In this document: positions 7,783 to 14,541 of the stretch, piece after piece | Numbering within the stretch: the stretch's first letter is position 1 | Layout of the letters: every line of letters begins with the position of its first letter | Virus record (IMG/VR): IMGVR_UViG_3300045988_170124 | Location: 1 to 42,780 of that record | Reading direction: 5' to 3' (one strand) | Length of the DNA stretch: 42,780 nt | DNA from: a virus | The notes under the pieces: model-generated | Database searches by the model: none | Told to the model about the DNA's origin: nothing | The model's input: the letters and a program-made list of their open reading frames with translations, nothing else | Program-made: the position numbers and the translations under genes

Positions 7783-8137
7783 GCCACCAGTTTTTCCACC
7801 AGCCTTACTTTACAACGAAATGAACTACCTTACACTACCTTAAAGTGACGAGTAGAAATTGACGAGGCCTTGCGCCTGATTTTGAACGAAAAACTTATAC
7901 TACCTTGCACCACCTTAAACTACCTGCGCACAATAAGAATGCGTTTTTAGCAGACGTTTAACCACCAATAATTGCAACGCTTTCAGGTCGCTGTCTAATT
8001 ATTCCACCAGTATTTCCACCAGTATTCATAGGAAATTGATAGAATCCATTCAGATGTCCCGAGCGCCTTCGAGCGTCTGAGACACGGAACCCCGAGCGCC
8101 GCAAGGTACCCGGGGTTCAATTCTACCCGAAGGTAGT
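7783..8137. other. Candidate attP / integrase arm-site region (largest non-coding stretch)
   Basis: There are four copies of (T/G)(T/C)CCACCAG, at 7783-7790, 7794-7802, 8002-8010 and 8014-8022. There are at least five ACTACCT(T/G)-type copies at 7834-7852 and 7899-7926, plus an inverted copy at 8129-8136. CCCGAGCGCC occurs twice (8058-8067, 8091-8100). Hairpins are GAACCCCG/CGGGGTTC (8087-8118) and CTACC-cgaa-GGTAG (8123-8136; a UUCG tetraloop on the - strand). The core crossover site cannot be defined without the host sequence. Confidence 0.5.
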
Positions 8138-8138
8138 G

Positions 8139-8318
8139 TCAGGCTTCTTTGCAGACAGCCTTCGCGTACCACAGTGCTTTCAGTACGTCTTTCACCGCGC
8201 AGATTTCCTCACGGCTCATGCGGGACGAATCCCGTGCATTGTCCAGTCGACGATCCAGTTCTTCCGTCAGTTGGGCGACGGCGCGTTCGCACTGCATTTT
8301 CGTTTGATCCATGTTCAT
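8139..8318 (-). CDS. Small helical protein (59 aa), not in the ORF track
   Basis: My translation is MNMDQTKMQCERAVAQLTEELDRRLDNARDSSRMSREEICAVKDVLKALWYAKAVCKEA. The ATG overlaps the upstream stop as ATGA. It is followed by two hairpins. Confidence 0.5.
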   Translation of the reverse strand: MNMDQTKMQCERAVAQLTEELDRRLDNARDSSRMSREEICAVKDVLKALWYAKAVCKEA

Positions 8319-8656
8319 GTCTGTTCTCCGTGACGGTTCATGATTTCCCGCAGCTTATCCAAGTCTGTTTTGTCGGGCTTATACGGCCCAATATTGAACG
8401 GATGCGCTTCGAGATTCTTCGAGACCTCCTCATAAAGCAGGTCAACGTCAATACGGTTTTGTTCGTCAGCTATCCCAAGAGACTTCATCAGGGGTAGATA
8501 CTGCGTAGCCATCGCGGGAGCCTGTCGTGCAACAAGGCCCCCGACGATGCCGACTGAGAAGGGCAGCATGCCGCCCTTCGTCTCGGCGGCGGGAATGAGC
8601 ACCTGCTGCACGAACTCAAGCACCACCGCCTGCAGATTTCCAATCGGCATTCTCAT
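8315..8656 (-). CDS. Hypothetical protein (113 aa)
   Basis: ORF with an RBS-like GCGGAG, lying 2 nt after the upstream stop. No family recognised. Confidence 0.6.
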   Translation of the reverse strand: MRMPIGNLQAVVLEFVQQVLIPAAETKGGMLPFSVGIVGGLVARQAPAMATQYLPLMKSLGIADEQNRIDVDLLYEEVSKNLEAHPFNIGPYKPDKTDLDKLREIMNRHGEQT

Positions 8657-8658
8657 GG

Positions 8659-9300
8659 TCAGCTCCGCTGCACCCGGACGGTACCGGAAATCGGCTGAGT
8701 GGCCGGAGCCACGTCAGTCGTCGCCGGAGCCGTCCAGCTGTTGTAGCGCGGCATGACCGGCGGGCAAATAGCCGACTGCGGGATAATCGTCTGCGTGATG
8801 CCGTTGACAGTATTCTGCAGAGATGCAACGGCGTTGTTGAGCTGGGCAATACCACAGCCGCACGTCTGAGCAACGCTGTCGATCTTGGCACCGAGTTCGG
8901 CGCGGACAAGCTTTTCACGCAGGTCAGCGATTTCGCCGTTCTTCGCCTGCTGGGCTTCAAGCACCGCAACCCGTTCACGGTTCTGCGCGGCCTCGTCGGA
9001 GAGCGGCTTAATGTAGCCCATCAGACGGTTTTCGAGCTTCTCGTTTTCATCGCGGGTCGCGTGATACAGCACCGCGTCTTGGTTGTCCGAGTACTTCTGC
9101 GCCGTCAGTTCGGCAATCTTGGCATCCTTCTCAGCGAGGACCCCCATGGCCGCCATCTGCGCATTGTTGTTACCGAAGAGTCCGCCGCCCAAAAGACCGC
9201 CACCGTTTCCACCGAGAGCCATCAGGCCCGCCAGGGATGTGCCAATGATGCCGGTGGTCAAACCTGCCTTGGCGACACCGGAAGATTCAAATTCAGCCAT
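8659..9300 (-). CDS. Glycine-zipper / coiled-coil protein with Cys-containing C-terminus (213 aa), function unknown
   Basis: N-terminus GLTTGIIGTSLAGLMALGGNGGGLLGGGLFG. The centre is a heptad-like charged region. The C-terminus reads TCGCGIAQLNNAVASLQNTVNGITQTIIPQSAICPPVMPRYNSW. GGAG RBS present. Confidence 0.65.
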   Translation of the reverse strand: MAEFESSGVAKAGLTTGIIGTSLAGLMALGGNGGGLLGGGLFGNNNAQMAAMGVLAEKDAKIAELTAQKYSDNQDAVLYHATRDENEKLENRLMGYIKPLSDEAAQNRERVAVLEAQQAKNGEIADLREKLVRAELGAKIDSVAQTCGCGIAQLNNAVASLQNTVNGITQTIIPQSAICPPVMPRYNSWTAPATTDVAPATQPISGTVRVQRS

Positions 9301-9359
9301 GACAAAACTCCTGTTGTCATGGAACTCGTGGTTCTCTTGAAATGTGCGCTCGGTTGGCG

Positions 9360-9563
9360 CTAAGGATTAGGCTCAGGGGCCTTGTGTGAAGCAGAATCCG
9401 AACGGTTCTGCTGATTGGATTTATTGTATACAGAAAGATCAAGCACATCAAGCGTCTTGCAGCGCCGACATACGATCATCACCGTCCCGCCGGGCGGACG
9501 TTCTAACGAAAGGTCGAAAAGACGTTTCCCGCACCTCGGGCAAACAACCTTTACCACTTCCAT
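9360..9563 (-). CDS. Com-like zinc-ribbon protein (67 aa)
   Basis: MEVVKVVCPRCGKRLFDL...VMIVCRRCKTLDVL has the C-x2-C...C-x2-C spacing and the KxLF motif of Mu Com-family proteins. AGGAGG lies 7 nt upstream of ATG 9563; the track start at 9629 would overlap the upstream gene. Confidence 0.65.
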   Translation of the reverse strand: MEVVKVVCPRCGKRLFDLSLERPPGGTVMIVCRRCKTLDVLDLSVYNKSNQQNRSDSASHKAPEPNP

Positions 9564-9564
9564 C

Positions 9565-9933
9565 TTATTTCCTCCTATTAACAATCTCTCGAAGATCAGA
9601 AAGAACCGCGTTGAGCGATGTTTTGTCACCGCGGCCGCAGGCCAAGACCAGCTCGGTCACGAGCGCGTTCCGGAAAGAACAGAGAATTGACGAGAAGCTT
9701 TCTCGGCATGCGATCACTTGCGCGCGGCATTCGTCTGCAGAGAACTCGTCTACCATGCGCCGAACATACCATTCCGCCTTTTGCAGGTCCAAAAGCTCAG
9801 TGCCTTTGAAGGGCGCGCGTAAAATGTACTTCACGGCATTCCCCAGACAAAAACTCAGATGCTGAGTAAGCTCAATCACCTCGTGGTCGTAATGCTCGGC
9901 GTAGTGCTGAGGATGATTTACAAGATCGGTCAT
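9565..9933 (-). CDS. DUF3310-family phage protein (122 aa)
   Basis: NHPQHY...GNAVKYILRAPFKG...DLQKAEWY matches the DUF3310 signature. ATGA overlap with the upstream gene. Confidence 0.75.
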   Translation of the reverse strand: MTDLVNHPQHYAEHYDHEVIELTQHLSFCLGNAVKYILRAPFKGTELLDLQKAEWYVRRMVDEFSADECRAQVIACRESFSSILCSFRNALVTELVLACGRGDKTSLNAVLSDLREIVNRRK

Positions 9934-10340
9934 TTAAGAATCTCCGTCAGTGCGTCGTGGTTTGCGGCGCATCGCTGATAGAGTCGGCCGCACTCTGAAC
10001 CAGAGTCAGCCAGTCGGCGAACCAAGCCTTCCAACTCGGCAACTCGCTTTCTAAGAGCGTCTCCGGAACCTCCGCCGGCGGTGCTGTGACCGTCCGCGTG
10101 GCGCAGCCGGGCGCGAGCACGATCAAGCTCAGAACGCAGATCGTTGTACTCAGCCTGCGCCAAGTTAATCGTGTCCGTTGCTTTTGAAAGTCCTTCTGCA
10201 TTCTTTCTCTCCGCCGCACGTAGCGCATCAGACTGCGCTGCCTCCATGAGTGCGATTTCTCGGTCGTAGTGGGCAGAAGTAAGCCAGCCCCCCGCCCCGA
10301 AAGCCAGGACGACCGCCGCCATGCAGACGTAATCTTTCAC
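9930..10340 (-). CDS. i-spanin (Rz-like)
   Basis: N-terminal TM (CMAAVVLAFGAGGWL), a long coiled-coil periplasmic part, a GTG start in a GTGA overlap, and a position in the lysis cassette. It contains an embedded lipoprotein ORF in another frame. Confidence 0.8.
   Translation of the reverse strand: MKDYVCMAAVVLAFGAGGWLTSAHYDREIALMEAAQSDALRAAERKNAEGLSKATDTINLAQAEYNDLRSELDRARARLRHADGHSTAGGGSGDALRKRVAELEGLVRRLADSGSECGRLYQRCAANHDALTEILK
9947..10201 (-). CDS. o-spanin (Rz1-like lipoprotein), fully embedded in the i-spanin gene
   Basis: Alternative frame of track ORF 9947..10228. GGAG lies 7 nt upstream of ATG 10201. The lipobox is ...ICVLSLIVLAPGC, followed by the Pro-rich mature part CATRTVTAPPAEVPE. 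Confidence 0.7.
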   Translation of the reverse strand: MQKDFQKQRTRLTWRRLSTTICVLSLIVLAPGCATRTVTAPPAEVPETLLESELPSWKAWFADWLTLVQSAADSISDAPQTTTH

Positions 10341-10585
10341 AACTCAACCCCTTCGAGTTTCGCGCGATCTCGTAATATGTCGAGATAGCCGTCCATCGTG
10401 TAGAGCTGGAACATATAAAGGCCACGGGAACAAGTCGGCGTAAAGCCTAATTTCCCAGCGTCCCATTTAACAAGCATTGCAGCGAGTTTGTCTCGGCGAA
10501 TCTTCAGTTGCAGGTACTCCGCCTTGAAGCGATCTTTGTAGTCATCGCTACACATCAGCGCGGCAGTGTCTTTGAGCTCCATCAT
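10337..10585 (-). CDS. Small conserved phage protein (82 aa) within the lysis cassette
   Basis: ATG 10585 overlaps the endolysin stop as ATGA. The sequence KDRFKAEYLQLKIRRDKLAAMLVKWDAGKLGFTPTCSRGLYMFQLYTMDGYLDILRDRAKLEGVEL resembles, from memory, a widespread small phage family sometimes labelled crAss001_48-related. That assignment is uncertain. Confidence 0.6.
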   Translation of the reverse strand: MMELKDTAALMCSDDYKDRFKAEYLQLKIRRDKLAAMLVKWDAGKLGFTPTCSRGLYMFQLYTMDGYLDILRDRAKLEGVEL

Positions 10586-10959
10586 TTGCGACTCCTGTTG
10601 TCCCAAAAAGCGTGACGCCCACGCACGTCAACATGTACGAACGCGTCGTAAAGTCCAACGCCGCCGTCTTTATTGAGTTCCAGGCACAAGTCCTGAAACT
10701 CGGGAATTAACCGCGGATCATCCGGTCGAATATCCGCCGCCATGCCTTTCGTGTGATACGAATTAGGAACGGCCCCTGGGATCGTCGCGTTGTATTCCGG
10801 ACTGCGGTAGCCAGAGTTCACAAGAACCGGCTTCCCCCACTCGCGCCGGATGCGGTTCAAAATGTTCAAAAGCTCATCACGTACAACATGCGGAAAAGGA
10901 GACTTGTACGGGTCCTTCGGACTCTGCAACTCCTTTTCGTCAAAGAAACCGTATTTCAT
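10582..10959 (-). CDS. Endolysin, peptidase M15 (zinc D-Ala-D-Ala carboxypeptidase / L-Ala-D-Glu endopeptidase-like)
   Basis: SGYRSPEYN...SYHTKGMAADI...FVHVDVR provides the H/D/H zinc-ligand pattern of the Peptidase_M15_3/4 families. ATGA overlap with the holin. Confidence 0.85.
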   Translation of the reverse strand: MKYGFFDEKELQSPKDPYKSPFPHVVRDELLNILNRIRREWGKPVLVNSGYRSPEYNATIPGAVPNSYHTKGMAADIRPDDPRLIPEFQDLCLELNKDGGVGLYDAFVHVDVRGRHAFWDNRSRK

Positions 10960-11243
10960 CGGCCGCCTCTTTCTAAAAAACTTTTCAGAATGCTCACGCC
11001 GTCTTTCCCCATCATGCCGCCCAACCCAGCAAGAGCCCCTGCGGCCTCATCCGGCAAACCGTAAGAGTGCGCAGCCATACAGATCAGAAAACCGATAAAC
11101 CCCGACAGAGCTACCGCCCCAAAGAATTCCCACCAAAGGAACGGTTTCGCTTTATCCAACGAGTTCAAATACATCAGACACTGAGCCATGGCACCCACCG
11201 CAAAGGAAAAGAGGTATCGGAAGTATTCGTGGTAGTCCTGCAT
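10956..11243 (-). CDS. Holin (95 aa, 2-3 predicted TM segments)
   Basis: Hydrophobic segments FSFAVGAMAQCLMYL and WWEFFGAVALSGFIGFLICMAA, and a charged C-terminus. It lies directly upstream of, and is coupled to, the endolysin. GAGGGA RBS. Confidence 0.7.
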   Translation of the reverse strand: MQDYHEYFRYLFSFAVGAMAQCLMYLNSLDKAKPFLWWEFFGAVALSGFIGFLICMAAHSYGLPDEAAGALAGLGGMMGKDGVSILKSFLERGGR

Positions 11244-11342
11244 CGAAATCCCTCAACTCTTTTGTATCCTGCAGTATCAACGACGATCCCCGGCTTACGC
11301 GCACGAGCTTTTGTGCGCGTACACACATCGGACGGCTTGAAG

Positions 11343-11672
11343 ATGCCGTTCATGATGAGCAGAGACCCCTTCAATCCGGCTGACATCAAGGCCGAAGAAA
11401 CCACCCGACGCGAAAGCACGGAGCGCTATATGCGCCGCGTGAAGAAGTCCATCGCCTACGTAATGGACTCGAAAGAAGGCCGCGAAGCCATGGAGATCAT
11501 CTTGGATGCGACCGGGCTTTATCGACCGTCTTTCAACACAAACGCGCTTTCAATGGCTTACGCCGAAGGACGCCGCAGTGTCGGACTCGCACTGCTCAAT
11601 CTCATAGACCCGACTTCTTATCAAGAAATGCTGAGGGAATCTCATGAACGACGAAACAACGACCGTGGCTGA
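11343..11672 (+). CDS. Small conserved head-module protein (109 aa; Bbp19-like by recollection)
   Basis: Internal ATG of track ORF 11067..11672; the upstream part of that ORF overlaps the holin on the other strand. The motif ALSMAYAEGRRSVGLALLNLI resembles the EGRRxVGL motif of a small phage family found next to scaffold/capsid genes. Confidence 0.5.
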   Translation: MPFMMSRDPFNPADIKAEETTRRESTERYMRRVKKSIAYVMDSKEGREAMEIILDATGLYRPSFNTNALSMAYAEGRRSVGLALLNLIDPTSYQEMLRESHERRNNDRG

Positions 11673-12327
11673 AAATACAAACGATGCCCCCGCTGCAGAT
11701 CAGCCTGCAGCCAACCCGGCGGCTCAGTCCGCAGGTCAGGAAAGCCGGCCGCAGACCGACAAGCCTGCAACCGGAATGCCTGAGACCTTGCTGAACACTG
11801 CCACCGAAACTAAGCCCGAAGAAAAGCAGGACGGTGAAAAGGCGCCGAAAGACAGCGAGGCCGACAAGCCCGCTGAAGGTGCGCCAGAAAAGTACGAAGA
11901 GTTCAAGGCGCCTGAAGGCACCATGCTCGACGCCGCCGTTATGCAGCAATTCGGAGAAGTGGCAAAGGAACTCAACCTGCCGCAGGACAAAGCCCAAGAC
12001 GTGGTCAACAAAATGGCCCCGATCATGGTGCAGCGCCAGATGGAACAGATTGCGGGAATTTCCAAACAGTGGGCTGAAAAATCGTCCAATGATCCGGAAA
12101 TTGCCGACCACCTCAATGACATTGCCCGCATCCGAGATATGTTCGGCAAGGGCAGTGACGGGAATCTCGATCCGGATATTGCGGAGTTCATCAACTCCCC
12201 TGCCGGCAACCATCCAGGCGTGCTGAAGCTCCTTGCCCGTGTCGGTGCGCGTTTCGGCGAAGGCGGCTTCCCGACGGGGAAACCCGCGCCGCGACAAATC
12301 ACCGCAGAAGACGTTTACGCAGTCTAA
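11644..12327 (+). CDS. Scaffolding protein (227 aa)
   Basis: Acidic, Ala/Pro/Glu-rich and low-complexity N-terminal half, and a position immediately upstream of the major capsid gene. GAGGGA RBS. Confidence 0.7.
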   Translation: MNDETTTVAENTNDAPAADQPAANPAAQSAGQESRPQTDKPATGMPETLLNTATETKPEEKQDGEKAPKDSEADKPAEGAPEKYEEFKAPEGTMLDAAVMQQFGEVAKELNLPQDKAQDVVNKMAPIMVQRQMEQIAGISKQWAEKSSNDPEIADHLNDIARIRDMFGKGSDGNLDPDIAEFINSPAGNHPGVLKLLARVGARFGEGGFPTGKPAPRQITAEDVYAV

Positions 12328-12349
12328 TAATTTTTAATGAGGTACAGAA

Positions 12350-13393
12350 ATGGCAGATATTGTCAGCAACGTTGCACCGACGTCATTGGCCGAATTCGAA
12401 GGCCTTGTCGGTGACAAGGATGTGGCCCGCAAGGTGTTTTTGCACACCATCCGCGACTATATGCCCTTCTTCGACCAGGCCGTTATTGTTCGAGGCAATG
12501 ACGGTATGGGGGACAAGGGGCAGATCGTCACCCGCTACCCGGAAGGCGATCTTCACGGATACAACGAGGGCTGGGGCTCTGATGTTGTGACGGGCAACAA
12601 TGTTCGTTACACCTGCAGCCGCCGTTCTTCGAGCTCGACCATCGACCGCGATCAGTTCAACGACCAGAAGGAAAGCGACCGCGCTTCTTGGCGCTTGCGT
12701 CGCGATCAGGCCTTTAGCCGCGGCTTCGCCCGCGCTACGGTACGCAATCTCTTTTACGGCGACCCCGCGAAAGACCCGAATAGTGGCAAGGGGCTCTTCA
12801 ACATCGTGACGCCGACCGATCCCGTCTTCAAGGATCGAATCATCGACGCCGGCGGCACCACGGAAAACAAGCAGACGGAAATTCTTCTCGTCGGTTGGGA
12901 CCCGGCCTCGAACTATTTGTTCTACCCGCAGTACGGAGAGAATCTTGGCGGCTTCCAGACCACTGTCCACCCTGAAGCCGTACGAGTAACCGCCGGTACG
13001 TCGGACAATCCTAAGCACTACTGGGCGCTGGAAACCGATTTCCGTTGGGACATCGGCGTCGCTATCTACGATCCGCTCACCGTCGTTCGTATTGCCAACA
13101 TCGATACGACGAAGTGGAGTAAGTCTTCGAAGACTTCCGGTAGCCCCGATCTGATCGACCTCATGACGCAGGCCGTGAACCTGCTTCCGGACGAGTACAA
13201 GGGCCGTTGCGCGTTCTATTGCAACGAAGCGGTTACCGGCATTCTTCGTCGTCAGATCAACAACAAGGAAAACGTGCAGCTCACGACCGGAGAAGTTGCC
13301 GGACGCAAGGTTGTGACCTGGGACGGCATTCCTATCCATCGTTTGGGCACGGACGTTATCACCAACACGATGCCGGTTTTGTCTCTGGGCTAA
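12350..13393 (+). CDS. Major capsid protein (347 aa)
   Basis: Assigned on size, the position after the scaffold and before a small decoration-type protein, and the terminator after the pair. It was not matched to a named Pfam family by eye. Confidence 0.75.
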   Translation: MADIVSNVAPTSLAEFEGLVGDKDVARKVFLHTIRDYMPFFDQAVIVRGNDGMGDKGQIVTRYPEGDLHGYNEGWGSDVVTGNNVRYTCSRRSSSSTIDRDQFNDQKESDRASWRLRRDQAFSRGFARATVRNLFYGDPAKDPNSGKGLFNIVTPTDPVFKDRIIDAGGTTENKQTEILLVGWDPASNYLFYPQYGENLGGFQTTVHPEAVRVTAGTSDNPKHYWALETDFRWDIGVAIYDPLTVVRIANIDTTKWSKSSKTSGSPDLIDLMTQAVNLLPDEYKGRCAFYCNEAVTGILRRQINNKENVQLTTGEVAGRKVVTWDGIPIHRLGTDVITNTMPVLSLG

Positions 13394-13403
13394 GGAGGAC
13401 GCA

Positions 13404-13823
13404 ATGATTACCGATGCACTTTTGAAGTTTTGCTCTGACAAGGCTTTAGCGTCCGCCATTACGACGGGCAAAGTCATTGACCTGAAACAGGAGTATCCGA
13501 ACCTCGGTTCGCTGACTCCTCGATTCAATCTCATCCTGCAGGTTAAAGATGCCGGCGGTGAAGGTACCGTAACCTTTAAGTTGCAGGATTCCGCCGACGG
13601 ATCGACTTTCGCCGACTTGCTGAGCTTCACGCAGGCGGGATCGAAGATTCCGGCCAATCAGGCAATTCCGATGCCGTTGAAGCATCGTCGCTACCTGAAA
13701 CTTATCACGGCCGTTACCGGCACCGTGACGGGAACGCTGCAGCGTGCCGTACTTGATAACGGTTATGAATTGCCGCGCACGACAAAAACGGAAGGTTACG
13801 ATCCCGCGCCGACGGTTGATTGA
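13404..13823 (+). CDS. Putative capsid decoration / cement protein (139 aa)
   Basis: AAGGAGG RBS and a beta-rich small protein directly after the capsid gene. It resembles the Bbp16-type cement proteins of BPP-1-like podophages by position and size only. Confidence 0.45.
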   Translation: MITDALLKFCSDKALASAITTGKVIDLKQEYPNLGSLTPRFNLILQVKDAGGEGTVTFKLQDSADGSTFADLLSFTQAGSKIPANQAIPMPLKHRRYLKLITAVTGTVTGTLQRAVLDNGYELPRTTKTEGYDPAPTVD

Positions 13824-13846
13824 CCTGCTTTAAAGGCAAACTCTGA

Positions 13847-13875
13847 GGGGACGGTTAAACCGCCCCCTTTTCTTT
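13847..13875 (+). terminator. Intrinsic terminator after the capsid/decoration genes
   Basis: GGGGACGG-ttaaa-CCGCCCCC (one mismatch) followed by TTTTCTTT. The next gene's AGGAGG RBS follows immediately. Confidence 0.65.
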
Positions 13876-13887
13876 AGGAGGCCTGAA

Positions 13888-14541
13888 ATGGCTACATCCG
13901 TTGATATTTGTAATCTCGCTCTGTCGATTCTTGGCGATGACGGCACGGTAGTTTCCCTCATCCCACCGAACGGTTCAGACCAAGCCGGACACTGCGCCCG
14001 TTGGTACCCTGTAGCCCTTCGGCGCATCCTGGAATCAAACCCGTGGAGCTTCGCCACCAAACGCAGCCAGCTGACAAAACTCAATAATGTCGATGCCTCG
14101 ATCTACGGCTACAAAGGCGCCTACGCCCTGCCGAGCCAATTCATGCGAGCGCTCAAGATCGAATCGGCGGAATATCTGTCCGAAGGCATCGATTCCGACC
14201 TTTACCCCGAACTCGGTCATTTCGAACTAGGCCTTGTTGAAAACAACACCAATCGCGTACTTTTCTGCAATGTCACTGATCCGGTGCTGACCTACGTCGC
14301 CTACGTAGACAATGCCTCCCTCTTCCCCGGGTATTTTGTTGACGCACTGATGTTGCTTCTCGCCAGTTACCTTTACGGTCCGGTTAAGCGAGCTGACACA
14401 ACATCTCAGACAGTTGTCAACATCATGAAACAGTACGAAGCGGCACTGACAAAAGCTAAGACCGAAGACGCTCAGATTTCCATGCGACGCCGGGAAGCAC
14501 ACTACCTCGCGTCGCAACTTCGTGCGCGGGAGGTATGGTAA
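13888..14541 (+). CDS. Head-tail adaptor / tail tubular protein A-like (217 aa)
   Basis: The N-terminus ICNLALSILGDDGTVVSL...GHCARWYPVALRRILESNPWSFA is a pattern I associate with podophage adaptor / tubular A proteins. It precedes the large tubular B-like gene. Confidence 0.55.
   Translation: MATSVDICNLALSILGDDGTVVSLIPPNGSDQAGHCARWYPVALRRILESNPWSFATKRSQLTKLNNVDASIYGYKGAYALPSQFMRALKIESAEYLSEGIDSDLYPELGHFELGLVENNTNRVLFCNVTDPVLTYVAYVDNASLFPGYFVDALMLLLASYLYGPVKRADTTSQTVVNIMKQYEAALTKAKTEDAQISMRRREAHYLASQLRAREVW

Noticed and set aside
7746-7799. Extended integrase N-terminus (MEKLVAELLTTTSQEVYF...)
   Set aside because: ATG 7745 has a perfect AGGAGG at 8 nt and begins the conserved P4-integrase N-terminus. 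The extension overlaps the CCACCAG repeats, which are more likely regulatory.
7926-7948. Terminator-like GCGCA-N9-TGCGT-TTTT on the + strand within the attP region
   Set aside because: The stem is weak (5 bp including a G-U pair), and no + strand transcription unit lies upstream. It is more likely incidental or part of the att-site architecture.
8111-8136. tRNA-like GGTTCAATTC string, considered as a possible tRNA 3' fragment marking the attP core
   Set aside because: I tried to fold it as a T-arm. The flanking 5-nt stems do not pair (CGGGG against CTACC), and no acceptor stem or CCA context is present. The bases instead belong to the 8-bp GAACCCCG/CGGGGTTC hairpin.
11067-11342. Upstream part of track ORF 11067..11672 (201 aa)
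   Set aside because: It overlaps the holin gene on the opposite strand and the divergent intergenic region. The translation is Arg/Lys/Pro-rich junk until the MPFMMSRDPF start.
12383-13657. 424-aa ORF on the - strand opposite the major capsid and decoration genes
   Set aside because: It is a shadow ORF of the capsid gene, has a low-complexity Arg/Val/Gly-rich translation, and disrupts the operon logic.
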